Position numbers and translations under genes: made by a program. DNA of 64,000 nt from Eubacteriales bacterium (GTDB lineage: Bacteria; Bacillota; Clostridia; Oscillospirales; CAG-382), in the NCBI GenBank assembly GCA_045593165.1, contig JAZNWF010000004.1, forward strand, positions 216 to 64,215, in the 5' to 3' direction. Position 1 is the first letter of the stretch. Every line of letters starts with the position of its first letter. Shown here one piece after another: positions 43,285-52,795 of this stretch. The notes below the pieces were generated by a model, which was not told where the DNA came from, did not search any database, and saw only the letters and a list, made by a program, of their open reading frames with translations.

Positions 43285-44415
43285 TTAATTCTCGTGCAAT
43301 ATGTCGCGTATGGCAGGCAGACCCTGATTGGTAAAAAATTCAGATGCTTCCGACAAGTCGATGGCAGGTACATAAAATTCGCCCAAAAATCCCGATGTTC
43401 CGCTATCGCGGATATGGAAGCTGTAAACGGGAATGTGGTAATACGGTCCGAATGCATCACAATGGAAAACGTACTCAAACTCACAGCCCTCTATAAGATG
43501 CGTGTCCTTTGTATCGAAATTCAATATTGAAAACGGCTCGACGATGAATTCGCCGTTCAAAAGACGCCTGTACGCTTCATCATAATCGATGCAATCGAAT
43601 TCAAACGTTAGCCCCGAATATTCAAACACCGATTTTCTTATAAGCTTACCGTCATAAAACGTATAATGAATTTTGTGATGAGCAGCAGAAAAAGTTTCGG
43701 CTTCGATCGTATCGGCAGGAGTGTAAAGCGTATAGTCAGTATATACTCCGTTATATTCTTCTGCGTAATAATATGCGATATTATCAATATCCAAGCCCGC
43801 AGCTTCTATAAACGTTTGGTCAAGCGCTATCAGTTCTTCGATCTCCATTTCCGAAGTAAGCTCTGATTCTTCGGTCCTGTATTCGATTTCTATGCTATTG
43901 TATCCGATGCTTATGCTTTCGTAATCAATTTGAGGATATATATAATAGTCGTAATTATATTCCCAATCCTGCTCGGTAACGTCCATATTCATAGCACTGA
44001 AAAATGCCTTTGCTTTATTATTAAGCATTTCAAAATACTCATCAGTAGCTTCGAAGTTATATCCTGCGTGATTTTGCGGATATAAATCATACATAACCTT
44101 CGCTTTTTCGGGCGAAATATCAAGCGCGTTGAATTGATCGGGAATAATTAATTTTTCAGGCTCCCGCTCCGGTTTTGACTCCTCGGGCTGTTCGGGCTGT
44201 TCGGGAATTTCGATATTATTATCGGAAAGAAAATCCTCGAAATTCCATGAATACTCATCCGATATATCACTTTCGTTTTTCTCGATGCCCTCGGATAAGT
44301 TATTATCTGAAATCGCCTTACTTTCGTCGTTACTTACGTTCTCGGTCGCAGTTTCCTCAGCACAAGCCGCAAGCAAAAGAATCAGTGCGACAATTAATAC
44401 AAAAATTCGTTTCAT
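43285..44415 (-). CDS. Acidic lipoprotein of unknown function
   Basis: Signal MKRIFVLIVALILLLAAC (lipobox LAAC). 376 aa, very D/E/Y-rich, with a PEQPEQPEESKPEREPE linker. Confidence 0.6.
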   Translation of the reverse strand: MKRIFVLIVALILLLAACAEETATENVSNDESKAISDNNLSEGIEKNESDISDEYSWNFEDFLSDNNIEIPEQPEQPEESKPEREPEKLIIPDQFNALDISPEKAKVMYDLYPQNHAGYNFEATDEYFEMLNNKAKAFFSAMNMDVTEQDWEYNYDYYIYPQIDYESISIGYNSIEIEYRTEESELTSEMEIEELIALDQTFIEAAGLDIDNIAYYYAEEYNGVYTDYTLYTPADTIEAETFSAAHHKIHYTFYDGKLIRKSVFEYSGLTFEFDCIDYDEAYRRLLNGEFIVEPFSILNFDTKDTHLIEGCEFEYVFHCDAFGPYYHIPVYSFHIRDSGTSGFLGEFYVPAIDLSEASEFFTNQGLPAIRDILHEN

Positions 44416-44541
44416 AAGTGAGCCTCCTCTTTTTAACGGTTACACTTATATAGACGACAGAAACAATGATTTTGTCACATTTTTTTGGAAAAAGTTTATA
44501 AAAAAACACCTGCGGAGGTTCCGCAGGTGCTATAAGCAATT

Positions 44542-45477
44542 TTATGCCTTGCCGTTGCAGCCGAGTACGTTAACGAGCTTGTGCTTAACAAGTTCCTTGA
44601 TGTTAGCACGAGCAGGGCTGAGGTACTGTCTGGGGTCGAAGTGTTCGGGGCTCTGTGCGAAGTGTTCGCGGATAGCAGCGGTCATTGCAAGACGGAGGTC
44701 GGAGTCGATGTTGATCTTACATACTGCCATGGAAGCTGCCTTGCGGAGCATATCTTCGGGAATACCGATAGCGTCGGGCATTCTGCCGCCGTTTGCGTTG
44801 ATGATATCAACGTACTTGGGAATTACAGAGGATGCGCCGTGGAGAACGATCGGGAAGCCGGGAAGTCTCTTTTCAACCTCTTCGAGAATATCGAAGCGGA
44901 GCTGGGGCTTCTGGCCGGGCTTGAACTTGTATGCGCCGTGAGAAGTACCGATTGCGATTGCGAGAGAGTCAACGCCGGTCTTTTCAACGAATTCCTGAAC
45001 CTGATCGGGATCGGTGTAGGAAGCGTCCTTTTCGGAAACGTTTACTGCGTCTTCGATACCTGCGAGTCTGCCAAGTTCGCCTTCAACAGATACGCCGTGA
45101 GCGTGTGCATATTCAACTACCTGACGGGTAAGAGCGATGTTGTCTTCGAAGGAGTGGTGAGAACCGTCGATCATAACGGAGGTGAAGCCGCCGTCGATGC
45201 AGGACTTACAAAGCTCGAAGGTGTCGCCGTGGTCAAGGTGAAGAGCGATAGGAAGACCGGTTTCCTGAATAGCTGCTTCAACGAGCTTTACGAGATAAGT
45301 GTGGTTAGCATATTTTCTTGCGCCCGAAGAAACCTGAAGAATAAGGGGTGCGTTTTCTTCTTTTGCAGCTTCGGTAATACCCTGGATGATTTCCATGTTG
45401 TTAACATTGAAAGCACCGATAGCGTAACCGCCCTTATAGGCTTTTTCGAACATTTCTTTTGTTGATACGAGAGGCAT
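44542..45477 (-). CDS. fba: Class II fructose-1,6-bisphosphate aldolase
   Basis: 311 aa. YAIGAFNVNN, LHLDHG, MIDGS and GTSHGAYKF are present. Confidence 0.95.
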   Translation of the reverse strand: MPLVSTKEMFEKAYKGGYAIGAFNVNNMEIIQGITEAAKEENAPLILQVSSGARKYANHTYLVKLVEAAIQETGLPIALHLDHGDTFELCKSCIDGGFTSVMIDGSHHSFEDNIALTRQVVEYAHAHGVSVEGELGRLAGIEDAVNVSEKDASYTDPDQVQEFVEKTGVDSLAIAIGTSHGAYKFKPGQKPQLRFDILEEVEKRLPGFPIVLHGASSVIPKYVDIINANGGRMPDAIGIPEDMLRKAASMAVCKINIDSDLRLAMTAAIREHFAQSPEHFDPRQYLSPARANIKELVKHKLVNVLGCNGKA

Positions 45478-45624
45478 TTTGAAATCTCCTTTTATACATT
45501 ATTCTTATGCATATTTGTGCATATACAGTTTAGCTTTTTTATATCTAATTGTCAATATTATTTTAAAAATAAATCATTTTTTTCGCTTACTCGATTATAT
45601 TTTAACAAAAATCGACCGAAAACA

Positions 45625-45657
45625 ACAAAAAAGGAACGGAAAACCGTTCCTTTTTGA
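45625..45657 (-). terminator. Rho-independent terminator of the 890-aa gene
   Basis: AAGGAACGG / CCGTTCCTT stem followed by a T-run on the minus strand. Confidence 0.8.
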
Positions 45658-45660
45658 TTT

Positions 45661-48333
45661 TTATTTAATCGTATATGTGCCTACGCAAGCGCGTTTTATC
45701 ATTATATAGTCAACGACATTGACCCTATCCTTTCCGCTTAAAAGCGCCGCCTTTAAATAGTTGCCCGAAAGCGTATAAGTGCCGAGAAAATGACGTTTTA
45801 CGTAAATATAATCGTAGCTTGACACCTTGCCGTCGCCGTCAACGTCGCCCTTTACGATCACAGTCGCCTTTACCGAGGACACGCCGTTTTCGGTCACATA
45901 TACCTTACATCCCGTACCGACAAGGTCCGCAGACGAAAGCTTATTTCCCGCACCGTCGGTTACGTATACCGTTCCCGTAAAGCCTTTTAACAATTCCTCT
46001 ACTGTGGTTTTGGCATATACGCCGTTCAAAATACCGTTCGATATGGAAAGATTTGAATTCGTTATACCAAACGCAGGCTCGGGCTCAACGTCATCGGGAA
46101 ATGCAGGCGCGTTTTCTGCCTTCAGCTTACCCGAAACCGTTACGTAATCTGCCGAGCAATAGCCGCTTGATGAATCGTATTCGGCATTATACCAGCCGTT
46201 TGATGCTTCTCCCACGATAGTAATTTCCGTATCTTTGGGAATCGTAACGATCTTATTTCCGCTTGTAGATGCACTATCACGAAGATTAAGGTTGGACGTT
46301 GTTGTGCCAGAATAAAGCAGCTTGATATATTGTGCCGACGAATATCCGTAAATAAAATTACCGTCTTTATCCGTACCGCTTACCTTATACCAACCGTTTT
46401 CAGCTTCACCGTAGATATATATCTGCGCTCCCAACGCGAACTGTCCGACGGACGTATAGCTTGAGCCGGCACCCTCGCGGACGTAAAGCGCAGAGGTCGT
46501 TCTGCCGTAATAAACGTCACCCGTTGCAACGGAAGTGCCCGGATTTGTAGTAGTGCCCGATGATTGCGAGTCAAGCAAAGCATATCCGTGCACCGCCACG
46601 AGATCGCCTGGGGTGACCAAGCCTACAACATAGCTCCAATCGCCGATTTTATTTATAACCGCATAATCCGTGCCCTCAGCAAGAGTGCGATAGGTAACAG
46701 ACGTTGTATCCGCTTCCGCATAAACCGTAACGTTTTCGGGCGCCGTACCGTACGTAACCGAAAAGCTATCGGGGATTATACGTATATATGAAGAGTTTAC
46801 ATATCCCGTTATTACCGTTCCCGAGGCGTTTGCGCCACTTACGTGATACCAATTCCCTATCGGTTCACCCATGACGGTAACCTTTGAAAGAAACGGGAGT
46901 GTTCCTGCACGATCCGAGGAATTTGACGCTTCCTTGCGCACCGTCAGTGATTCATATCCCGAAACGAGCCCCGAATATATGCGCTGTGACGATGCCACGG
47001 TAACCTCGATTTCACGTTCCGTGCCGCCTGCGGCTCTCGCCGTAATAACCGCGTTGCCTTTTGATTTCGCGGTGATCACACCCGATTGATCAACCGTTGC
47101 GACAGTTTCATCGCTGCTCAACCAAGAAAGATCGGTATCTACCGCATCGGCAGGCGAAATTGCGGTGAGAACCTCATATTTATCCCCTACCGCAAGCGTT
47201 ATGTTATCCTTAACGACCGCTATGGACGTAACGTTACGTTTATTGAGATAGATATTGGAAGCAACGGAATATCCGCTTACAAGAACGCCGTCGCTGTTAT
47301 ATCCCGTTACTTTATAGAACATATTACCGTTGGAATCGGTATATACGGTGTTATCAGTGACCTTGACCGCAGTACCGCGGTATATCTTACCGTTATTGCC
47401 CGCAGTCGCGGAGGGTGAGGTACGCACGTAAACATCACTGTCGATAACCGTTGCATTACAGTCAACGTAAACGATGCAGCAGGCTTCTCTGTCGTTTGCG
47501 AGGGTTGCGGATATAAGAGTCATACCGTGCGCATGCGCAGTTATGTTACCGTTATTATCTACGGTCGCAACAGACGGATTTGCGCTCGACCAGCTGATTT
47601 CGGACGGTGCTTTATCGGACGGATAGAACGAAAGCGCGACCTGATGCGTATCACCTATTTCCAAAAGAACGCGTTCCTCGTCCGCAACGGGAGCAACGAT
47701 TCCGTCGGAATCGGGAGTGAGGTCGTCATAATAGGTCATTCCGTACTGCTCGATAAGCGCTATTACGGTTTCGGCATAGCCGTTATCATCGCAATAGCCC
47801 GCATCGACAATTGCGTGTGCGGCAACAGAATAATCCTTTTCGCCCAATACTGCGGCATATTTCGACTCGTTAATAAAAAGCGAGCTATGGGTATACACGC
47901 TTTCAGCCCAGCTTGCATGTGCACGCCAAGCGGACGTGGTATTCACGTGGCTTTGACCCGATGAAAGCAGATAATCGGCATAGGAATTATACAGAATAGA
48001 GTTTTTTTGGTCGTATACCATCCCCGACCAGGTGCTGTATGCCTTTATACCGAACAGATTTCTGCCGCCTACGGGAAGCGAATAGCGTCCCCAGCCGCCC
48101 TCGTAAATACCTTGTGAAAGGGTTATAGAGGCAAGCACGTCGGTTTTGTAGTAATCCGCCCTTGCAAGAGAGCCGATAACACGGAAGAAATACTGCTGTA
48201 CCGTATTCAGCTTTTTAAAGTCGGTAGTTTCGGTTGGAACCGTATCATCGGCAAAAGCCGACAACGGCAGTGCAAATGCAGATAAAAGCATCACACATAC
48301 CATCACAACCGATATGTATCTGCAAAGTCTCAA
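45661..48333 (-). CDS. Secreted multidomain peptidoglycan hydrolase: N-acetylglucosaminidase plus 2 Big_2 plus multiple SH3b domains plus a C-terminal dockerin
   Basis: Signal peptide ...ALPLSAFA. Glucosaminidase region: LSQGIYEGGWGRYSLPVGGRNLFGIK. Big_2: SWSSANPSVATVDNNGNITA and SWLSSDETVATVDQSGVITA. Repeated SH3-like segment: WYKVSG...GYV.S.YI. C-terminal dockerin: GDVDGDGKVSSYDYIYVKRHFLG followed by a degenerate second repeat. Confidence 0.8.
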   Translation of the reverse strand: MRLCRYISVVMVCVMLLSAFALPLSAFADDTVPTETTDFKKLNTVQQYFFRVIGSLARADYYKTDVLASITLSQGIYEGGWGRYSLPVGGRNLFGIKAYSTWSGMVYDQKNSILYNSYADYLLSSGQSHVNTTSAWRAHASWAESVYTHSSLFINESKYAAVLGEKDYSVAAHAIVDAGYCDDNGYAETVIALIEQYGMTYYDDLTPDSDGIVAPVADEERVLLEIGDTHQVALSFYPSDKAPSEISWSSANPSVATVDNNGNITAHAHGMTLISATLANDREACCIVYVDCNATVIDSDVYVRTSPSATAGNNGKIYRGTAVKVTDNTVYTDSNGNMFYKVTGYNSDGVLVSGYSVASNIYLNKRNVTSIAVVKDNITLAVGDKYEVLTAISPADAVDTDLSWLSSDETVATVDQSGVITAKSKGNAVITARAAGGTEREIEVTVASSQRIYSGLVSGYESLTVRKEASNSSDRAGTLPFLSKVTVMGEPIGNWYHVSGANASGTVITGYVNSSYIRIIPDSFSVTYGTAPENVTVYAEADTTSVTYRTLAEGTDYAVINKIGDWSYVVGLVTPGDLVAVHGYALLDSQSSGTTTNPGTSVATGDVYYGRTTSALYVREGAGSSYTSVGQFALGAQIYIYGEAENGWYKVSGTDKDGNFIYGYSSAQYIKLLYSGTTTSNLNLRDSASTSGNKIVTIPKDTEITIVGEASNGWYNAEYDSSSGYCSADYVTVSGKLKAENAPAFPDDVEPEPAFGITNSNLSISNGILNGVYAKTTVEELLKGFTGTVYVTDGAGNKLSSADLVGTGCKVYVTENGVSSVKATVIVKGDVDGDGKVSSYDYIYVKRHFLGTYTLSGNYLKAALLSGKDRVNVVDYIMIKRACVGTYTIK

Positions 48334-48460
48334 GCAATAAGACCCCTTTCGTCAAAGTTATACATTGTTATGATAACACAAAACCTTAATTATGTCAACG
48401 GAAACAGCCTTTATAAGCAACAAAAAACGCTTTCGACAAAGCATCGAAAGCGTTATGTTC

Positions 48461-49531
48461 TTATTGCAAGCCCTCTTTGAGCTTTTCGGCGCGGTCTGCA
48501 CTGATTAGCGCATCGATCATATCGTCAAGTTTGCCGTTTAAAAAGCTTTCGAGAGAATGTATTGTATATCCGATTCTGTGATCGGTGATCCTGCCCTGCG
48601 GATAATTATACGTACGGATGCGTTCGCTTCTGTCACCCGTGCCGACCTGCGAGCGACGCTCGCTTGCAACAGCCTGCTCCTTTTGGCTGTTATAATAATC
48701 GGCAAGGCGGCTCTTCATAATTTTAAGCGCCTTTTCCTTGTTCTTTATCTGCGAACGCTCGTCCTGACAGTCAACCGTCATACCCGTAGGTATATGAATG
48801 ATTCTTACCGCAGATTCAGTTTTATTTACGTGCTGACCGCCTGCGCCTGCGGAGCGGTGACGGGTTATTTCAAGCTCGTCCATATTAAGCTCGAAATCCA
48901 CGTCCTCGACCTCGGGAAGCACGGCAACGGTAGCGGTTGAGGTCTGGATCCTGCCCTGTGCCTCGGTTTCGGGAACACGCTGAACACGGTGAACGCCGCT
49001 TTCACACTTGAAGCGCGAATATGCGTTTTCGCCCTCGACCATAAACGATACTTCCTTGAAGCCGCCGAGCTCGGTTTCGTTTGCGCTTAAAAGCTCGACC
49101 TTAAAGCCCGACGATTCGGCGTACATCGTATACATACGGTAAAGAACCGCCGCAAAGAGCGATGCTTCTTCACCGCCTGCGCCGCCGCGGATCTCGATGA
49201 TAACGTTTTTATCGTCGTTGGGGTCCTTGGGAAGAAGTAAGATTTTCAGCTCGTCAAGAAGCGGAGCGAGCTTTGAGCGAGCTTCATCCTTTTGCTCCTC
49301 GGCAAGTGCACGAAGCTCAGGATCGTCTTCTATCGAAAGAATCTCGTCCGCATCGGCAATATCGGTTTCCGCCGCCTTATACTCGCGGTATTTTTCTACT
49401 ATCGGAACGAGATTTTTATACTCCTTCATAAATTTCTTATAGCCCTCAAGGTCATTCATCACCTCGGGTGAGGAGAGTGCTTCCTCTATTTCCAGATATC
49501 TTTTTTCAATTTGTGCAAGCTTTGTAAGCAT
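48461..49531 (-). CDS. prfA: Peptide chain release factor 1
   Basis: Start at MLTKLAQIEKRY (ATG at 49531, RBS GGAGGT). The GGQ motif (SAGAGGQHVNKTESAVR) and the PET-type recognition loop (RVPETE) are present. Confidence 0.95.
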   Translation of the reverse strand: MLTKLAQIEKRYLEIEEALSSPEVMNDLEGYKKFMKEYKNLVPIVEKYREYKAAETDIADADEILSIEDDPELRALAEEQKDEARSKLAPLLDELKILLLPKDPNDDKNVIIEIRGGAGGEEASLFAAVLYRMYTMYAESSGFKVELLSANETELGGFKEVSFMVEGENAYSRFKCESGVHRVQRVPETEAQGRIQTSTATVAVLPEVEDVDFELNMDELEITRHRSAGAGGQHVNKTESAVRIIHIPTGMTVDCQDERSQIKNKEKALKIMKSRLADYYNSQKEQAVASERRSQVGTGDRSERIRTYNYPQGRITDHRIGYTIHSLESFLNGKLDDMIDALISADRAEKLKEGLQ

Positions 49532-49591
49532 AGTTTTACCTCCGACGGTATATAAATTCATCAAGGAATTTAAGTTTAAGGAGCGATTGTT

Positions 49592-50524
49592 ATGAAACAG
49601 CAGGATTACTGTTATGAGGGGAAAAGGTTGAAGACCGAACGCAACAGACACTATACCCAAAACGCCGACACTCTTTTTGAAGCTATGGAACAGGGCTTGA
49701 TACTTGAGGGGGTAAGCTATCTTTGCGATTCCGACAGACATCTTCATATTAAAATAGGAGAGATCGACGGTATTATCCCGCGCAACGAGTGTGTTTACAC
49801 GGCAAAGGGGCTACCCGAAAAGGATATCGCAATAATTTCACGCGTAGGAAAGCCCGTATGCTTTAAGGTTATCGGCATCGAACGGAATGAATTCGGCGAG
49901 CCGAAGGTCATTTGCTCACGCAGAGATGCGCAACGCGACTGCATGCGCGAAAAAATCGAAGCATTATGCACGGGAGACGTTATCGAAGCGAGGATAACAA
50001 GGTTAGACCCGTTTGGTGCTTTTTGTGATATCGGTTGCGGTATAATTTCGCTTTTGCCGATTGACTGCATGTCGGTTTCACGAATTTCTCACCCGCGCGA
50101 CAGATTCCGCAACGGTCAAGTAATCAAGGCCGTTGTAAAGAACACCGCCGACGAATTCGGAAGAATAACACTTACGCACCGAGAGTTGCTCGGCACGTGG
50201 GAGGAAAACGCGGCAAAATTCACCTCGGGGCAAACCGCCGCAGGAATCGTACGTTCGATCGAGGATTACGGTGTATTCATAGAGCTCGCGCCCAATCTTG
50301 CGGGACTTGCAGAATGCCGTGACGACATAGAGGTCGGTCAGAGCGCGGCAGTATTCATAAAAAACATTATACCCGACAGAATGAAGGTCAAGCTCGCGAT
50401 AATCGATTGCAGTGATCGCGAATCACCGATTCCCGATTACGAATATCCCGATATCGAGCACATCGACCATTGGAAGTATTCTCCCGACAGCTGTGACAAG
50501 ATAATAGAGAGCGTTTTCGATTAA
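49592..50524 (+). CDS. S1 RNA-binding domain protein (about 3 S1 repeats)
   Basis: GDVIEARITRLDPFGAFCDIG and AAGIVRSIEDYGVFIELAPNLAGL are S1 OB-fold signatures. Confidence 0.7.
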   Translation: MKQQDYCYEGKRLKTERNRHYTQNADTLFEAMEQGLILEGVSYLCDSDRHLHIKIGEIDGIIPRNECVYTAKGLPEKDIAIISRVGKPVCFKVIGIERNEFGEPKVICSRRDAQRDCMREKIEALCTGDVIEARITRLDPFGAFCDIGCGIISLLPIDCMSVSRISHPRDRFRNGQVIKAVVKNTADEFGRITLTHRELLGTWEENAAKFTSGQTAAGIVRSIEDYGVFIELAPNLAGLAECRDDIEVGQSAAVFIKNIIPDRMKVKLAIIDCSDRESPIPDYEYPDIEHIDHWKYSPDSCDKIIESVFD

Positions 50525-51783
50525 TACATAAAATCAAAATCGATATCGTAAATAGAAACGGTGTCGCCTTCCTGAATACCCGCATCCTCGAGCGCTTGAA
50601 TAACGCCCTTGTCGCGCAGAACTCTTTGGAAGAACTGAAGCGATTCGTAATCGTCGAAATTAACGTCGTTGCAAAGTCTGATAAGCCATTCGCCCGTCAC
50701 CTCGTAAATACCGTCAACAACGTTTACCTGAACAGACGTATCGTTTTCGATAGGAATTTCGACGTATTCTTCCTCGTAATACGTCATAGGAGGAAGAGTT
50801 GCAAGTTTTTGGGATACCGCCTTCATCAAATCGGCAACACCCTCGTCCAATCCGCCTGCGATAAGGAATAGCTCGCATTCGTTTTCCTCGGCGTATTTCT
50901 TTATACGCTCAAGGTGCTCTTCGGAATAGCCGAGGTCGATTTTATTACCGACCAATATTTGCGGCCTCGAGGCAAGCTCGGGGCTGTATTTTTCTAATTC
51001 CGCATTGATTTTCAAGATATCCTCAAGCGGATCTTCTCTTTCGGATGCCGAAATATCGAATACGTGGAGTATAAGACGGCAGCGGTCAATATGGCGAAGA
51101 AAATCGTGTCCCAAGCCCAATCCGTCGGATGCGCCCTCGATAAGACCGGGAATATCCGCCATTACGAAGCTTTTTTCATATACGGTAACAACACCCAAAT
51201 TGGGTGCAAGCGTGGTGAAATGATAGTTCGCAATTTTGGGACGTGCCGACGAAACCTCGGAAAGAAGAGTGGATTTACCAACGTTGGGAAATCCGACCAA
51301 TCCGACATCCGCAAGCATTTTAAGCTCGAGAGTTATATTCTTTTCCGCGCCCTTGGTTCCGCTTTTGGCAAAGCGGGGAACCTGACGGGTAGGCGTTGCA
51401 AAATGCGAGTTACCCCAACCGCCCTTGCCGCCTCTGGCAGCAATATAGGGCAAACCGTCGGACATATCGTGTATAACGAGTCCGCTGTCGGGATCACGCA
51501 AAATAGTTCCGCGAGGTACGGGTATTTCAAGATCGACGCCGCCCTTGCCGTGACATCTTTTGCCTATTCCGTCGCCTCCGTTGGGAGCAACAAATTTGCG
51601 GCGGTATTTGAAGTTGAGCAGGGTGTTTTCACCCTCGGCTACAACGAAAACAATGTTTCCGCCTCTGCCGCCGTCGCCTCCGTCCGGACCGCCCTTGGCA
51701 ACGTATTTTTCGCGTCGGAAGGAAACAGCTCCGTTTCCGCCGTCGCCTGCCTTGATATAAATTGTAACTTTATCGATAAACAT
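50521..51783 (-). CDS. obg: GTPase ObgE/CgtA
   Basis: Glycine-rich N-terminus: FIDKVTIYIKAGDGGNGAVSFRREKYVAKGGPDGGDGGRGG. G-domain: GFPNVGKSTLL, DIPGLIEGA, NKID. Confidence 0.95.
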   Translation of the reverse strand: MFIDKVTIYIKAGDGGNGAVSFRREKYVAKGGPDGGDGGRGGNIVFVVAEGENTLLNFKYRRKFVAPNGGDGIGKRCHGKGGVDLEIPVPRGTILRDPDSGLVIHDMSDGLPYIAARGGKGGWGNSHFATPTRQVPRFAKSGTKGAEKNITLELKMLADVGLVGFPNVGKSTLLSEVSSARPKIANYHFTTLAPNLGVVTVYEKSFVMADIPGLIEGASDGLGLGHDFLRHIDRCRLILHVFDISASEREDPLEDILKINAELEKYSPELASRPQILVGNKIDLGYSEEHLERIKKYAEENECELFLIAGGLDEGVADLMKAVSQKLATLPPMTYYEEEYVEIPIENDTSVQVNVVDGIYEVTGEWLIRLCNDVNFDDYESLQFFQRVLRDKGVIQALEDAGIQEGDTVSIYDIDFDFMY

Positions 51784-51856
51784 TTAGAAACCTCCGTTTC
51801 ATGATGTTTTGTTTTCAAAATTGTTTTTAACCGAAAGTCGGTGTGAAGCTTACAGC

Positions 51857-52092
51857 GTTTTCGCTATGCGCCGTATCAAACCTATTTTGACGAGTTCGAG
51901 GCGGATGCAGAGGGAAAAAACGGATTTCGATGCTGTAGCAGCCTACTGCGAGAAATTCGGTTTTTCGCTATGCGCCGTATCAAACCTTTTTGACGAGTTT
52001 GAGGCGGATGCAGAGTGGAAAAACGGATTTCGATGCTGTAGCAACCTACTGCGAGAAATTCGGTTTTTCGCTATGCGCCGTATCAAACCGTC
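51857..52092. repeat. Tandem repeat of 103-104 bp, about 2.25 copies
   Basis: Unit TTTTCGCTATGCGCCGTATCAAACC..TTTGACGAGTT.GAGGCGGATGCAGAG.GGAAAAACGGATTTCGATGCTGTAGCA.CCTACTGCGAGAAATTCGG. Copies at 51857-51960 and 51961-52063 are about 95% identical, and a partial third copy runs from 52064. Confidence 0.85.
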
Positions 52093-52099
52093 AAAACCG

Positions 52100-52152
52100 T
52101 CAAATAAAAAAATAAAGAGTAGTCGGGGACAAATCATTCCCGACTGCTCTTT
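52100..52152 (-). terminator. Rho-independent terminator of the rplU-prp-rpmA operon
   Basis: On the minus strand, GAGCAGTCGGG..CCCGACTACTC stem followed by TTTATTTTTTTATTT. Confidence 0.75.
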
Positions 52153-52165
52153 ATCTTAATAGCAA

Positions 52166-52453
52166 CTAATCTGCGTTTACAGCGTATACGCTGACTTTCT
52201 TTCTGCCGCCTGCCATCGGTTCGAACTTAACAGTACCGTCGATGAGAGCGAAGAGGGTGTCATCGGAGCCGCGGCCAACATTGTTGCCGGGATGAATCTT
52301 GGTGCCTCTCTGACGCATAAGGATGTTGCCGGCAGTTACGAACTGACCGTCCTGTCTCTTAACGCCAAGACGCTTGGATTCACTGTCACGACCGTTCTTG
52401 GTAGAACCAACACCTTTTTTATGTGCAAAGAACTGAATAGACAATCTAAGCAT
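52166..52453 (-). CDS. rpmA: 50S ribosomal protein L27 with the Prp-cleaved N-terminal extension
   Basis: [32 protein letters not shown]. Confidence 0.95.
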   Translation of the reverse strand: MLRLSIQFFAHKKGVGSTKNGRDSESKRLGVKRQDGQFVTAGNILMRQRGTKIHPGNNVGRGSDDTLFALIDGTVKFEPMAGGRKKVSVYAVNAD

Positions 52454-52477
52454 GGGATTGTGCTCCTTTCGGTAAAA

Positions 52478-52792
52478 TTATTTTACGACTACCGAAATGT
52501 TTTTCGGAAAATCGTTTTCGAGTGCCTTTAATTCTCTTAAAAGACCCGAAATGATCAAATGTGCGCGTTCATCGCTGTTATTCACGCTGAAATCGATAAC
52601 GGCGTTTTCTTCCTCTGTTATTACAGAAGCCAAAACTCCGAAATCCTCGGTAACGGTATTAACGGTAAGCATCACCATCGAGCTGACGGCTGCACATACT
52701 ATATCGCTTCCCTGTTCGGAATAACCCGAATGTCCGCTGACACGGAAATTAACAAATTTGCCGTTCTTTTTAGTGAACGAAGCTTTAATCAT
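52478..52792 (-). CDS. prp: Ribosomal-processing cysteine protease Prp
   Basis: GHSGY...DIVCAAVS catalytic His/Cys pattern, located between rplU and rpmA. Confidence 0.9.
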   Translation of the reverse strand: MIKASFTKKNGKFVNFRVSGHSGYSEQGSDIVCAAVSSMVMLTVNTVTEDFGVLASVITEEENAVIDFSVNNSDERAHLIISGLLRELKALENDFPKNISVVVK

Positions 52793-52795
52793 CTC

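Noticed and set aside
44581-45465. 294-aa ORF on the plus strand
   Set aside because: It is a shadow ORF antisense to the class II aldolase gene. The product has no recognisable motifs.
49532-49747. Long form of prfA (428 aa)
   Set aside because: The RF1 homology starts at MLTKLAQIEKRY with a GGAGGT RBS. The extension overlaps the divergent S1-domain gene start.
51064-51804. 246-aa ORF on the plus strand
   Set aside because: It is antisense to obg and is a shadow frame of a highly conserved gene.
51857-52092. Possible CRISPR array
   Set aside because: The repeats are contiguous 103-104-bp units without spacers, and no cas genes are present. This is a plain tandem duplication.
51809-52159. 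116-aa ORF through the tandem repeat
   Set aside because: Its amino-acid sequence is generated by the DNA repeat. It has no RBS, lies opposite both flanking genes and ends inside the rpmA terminator.
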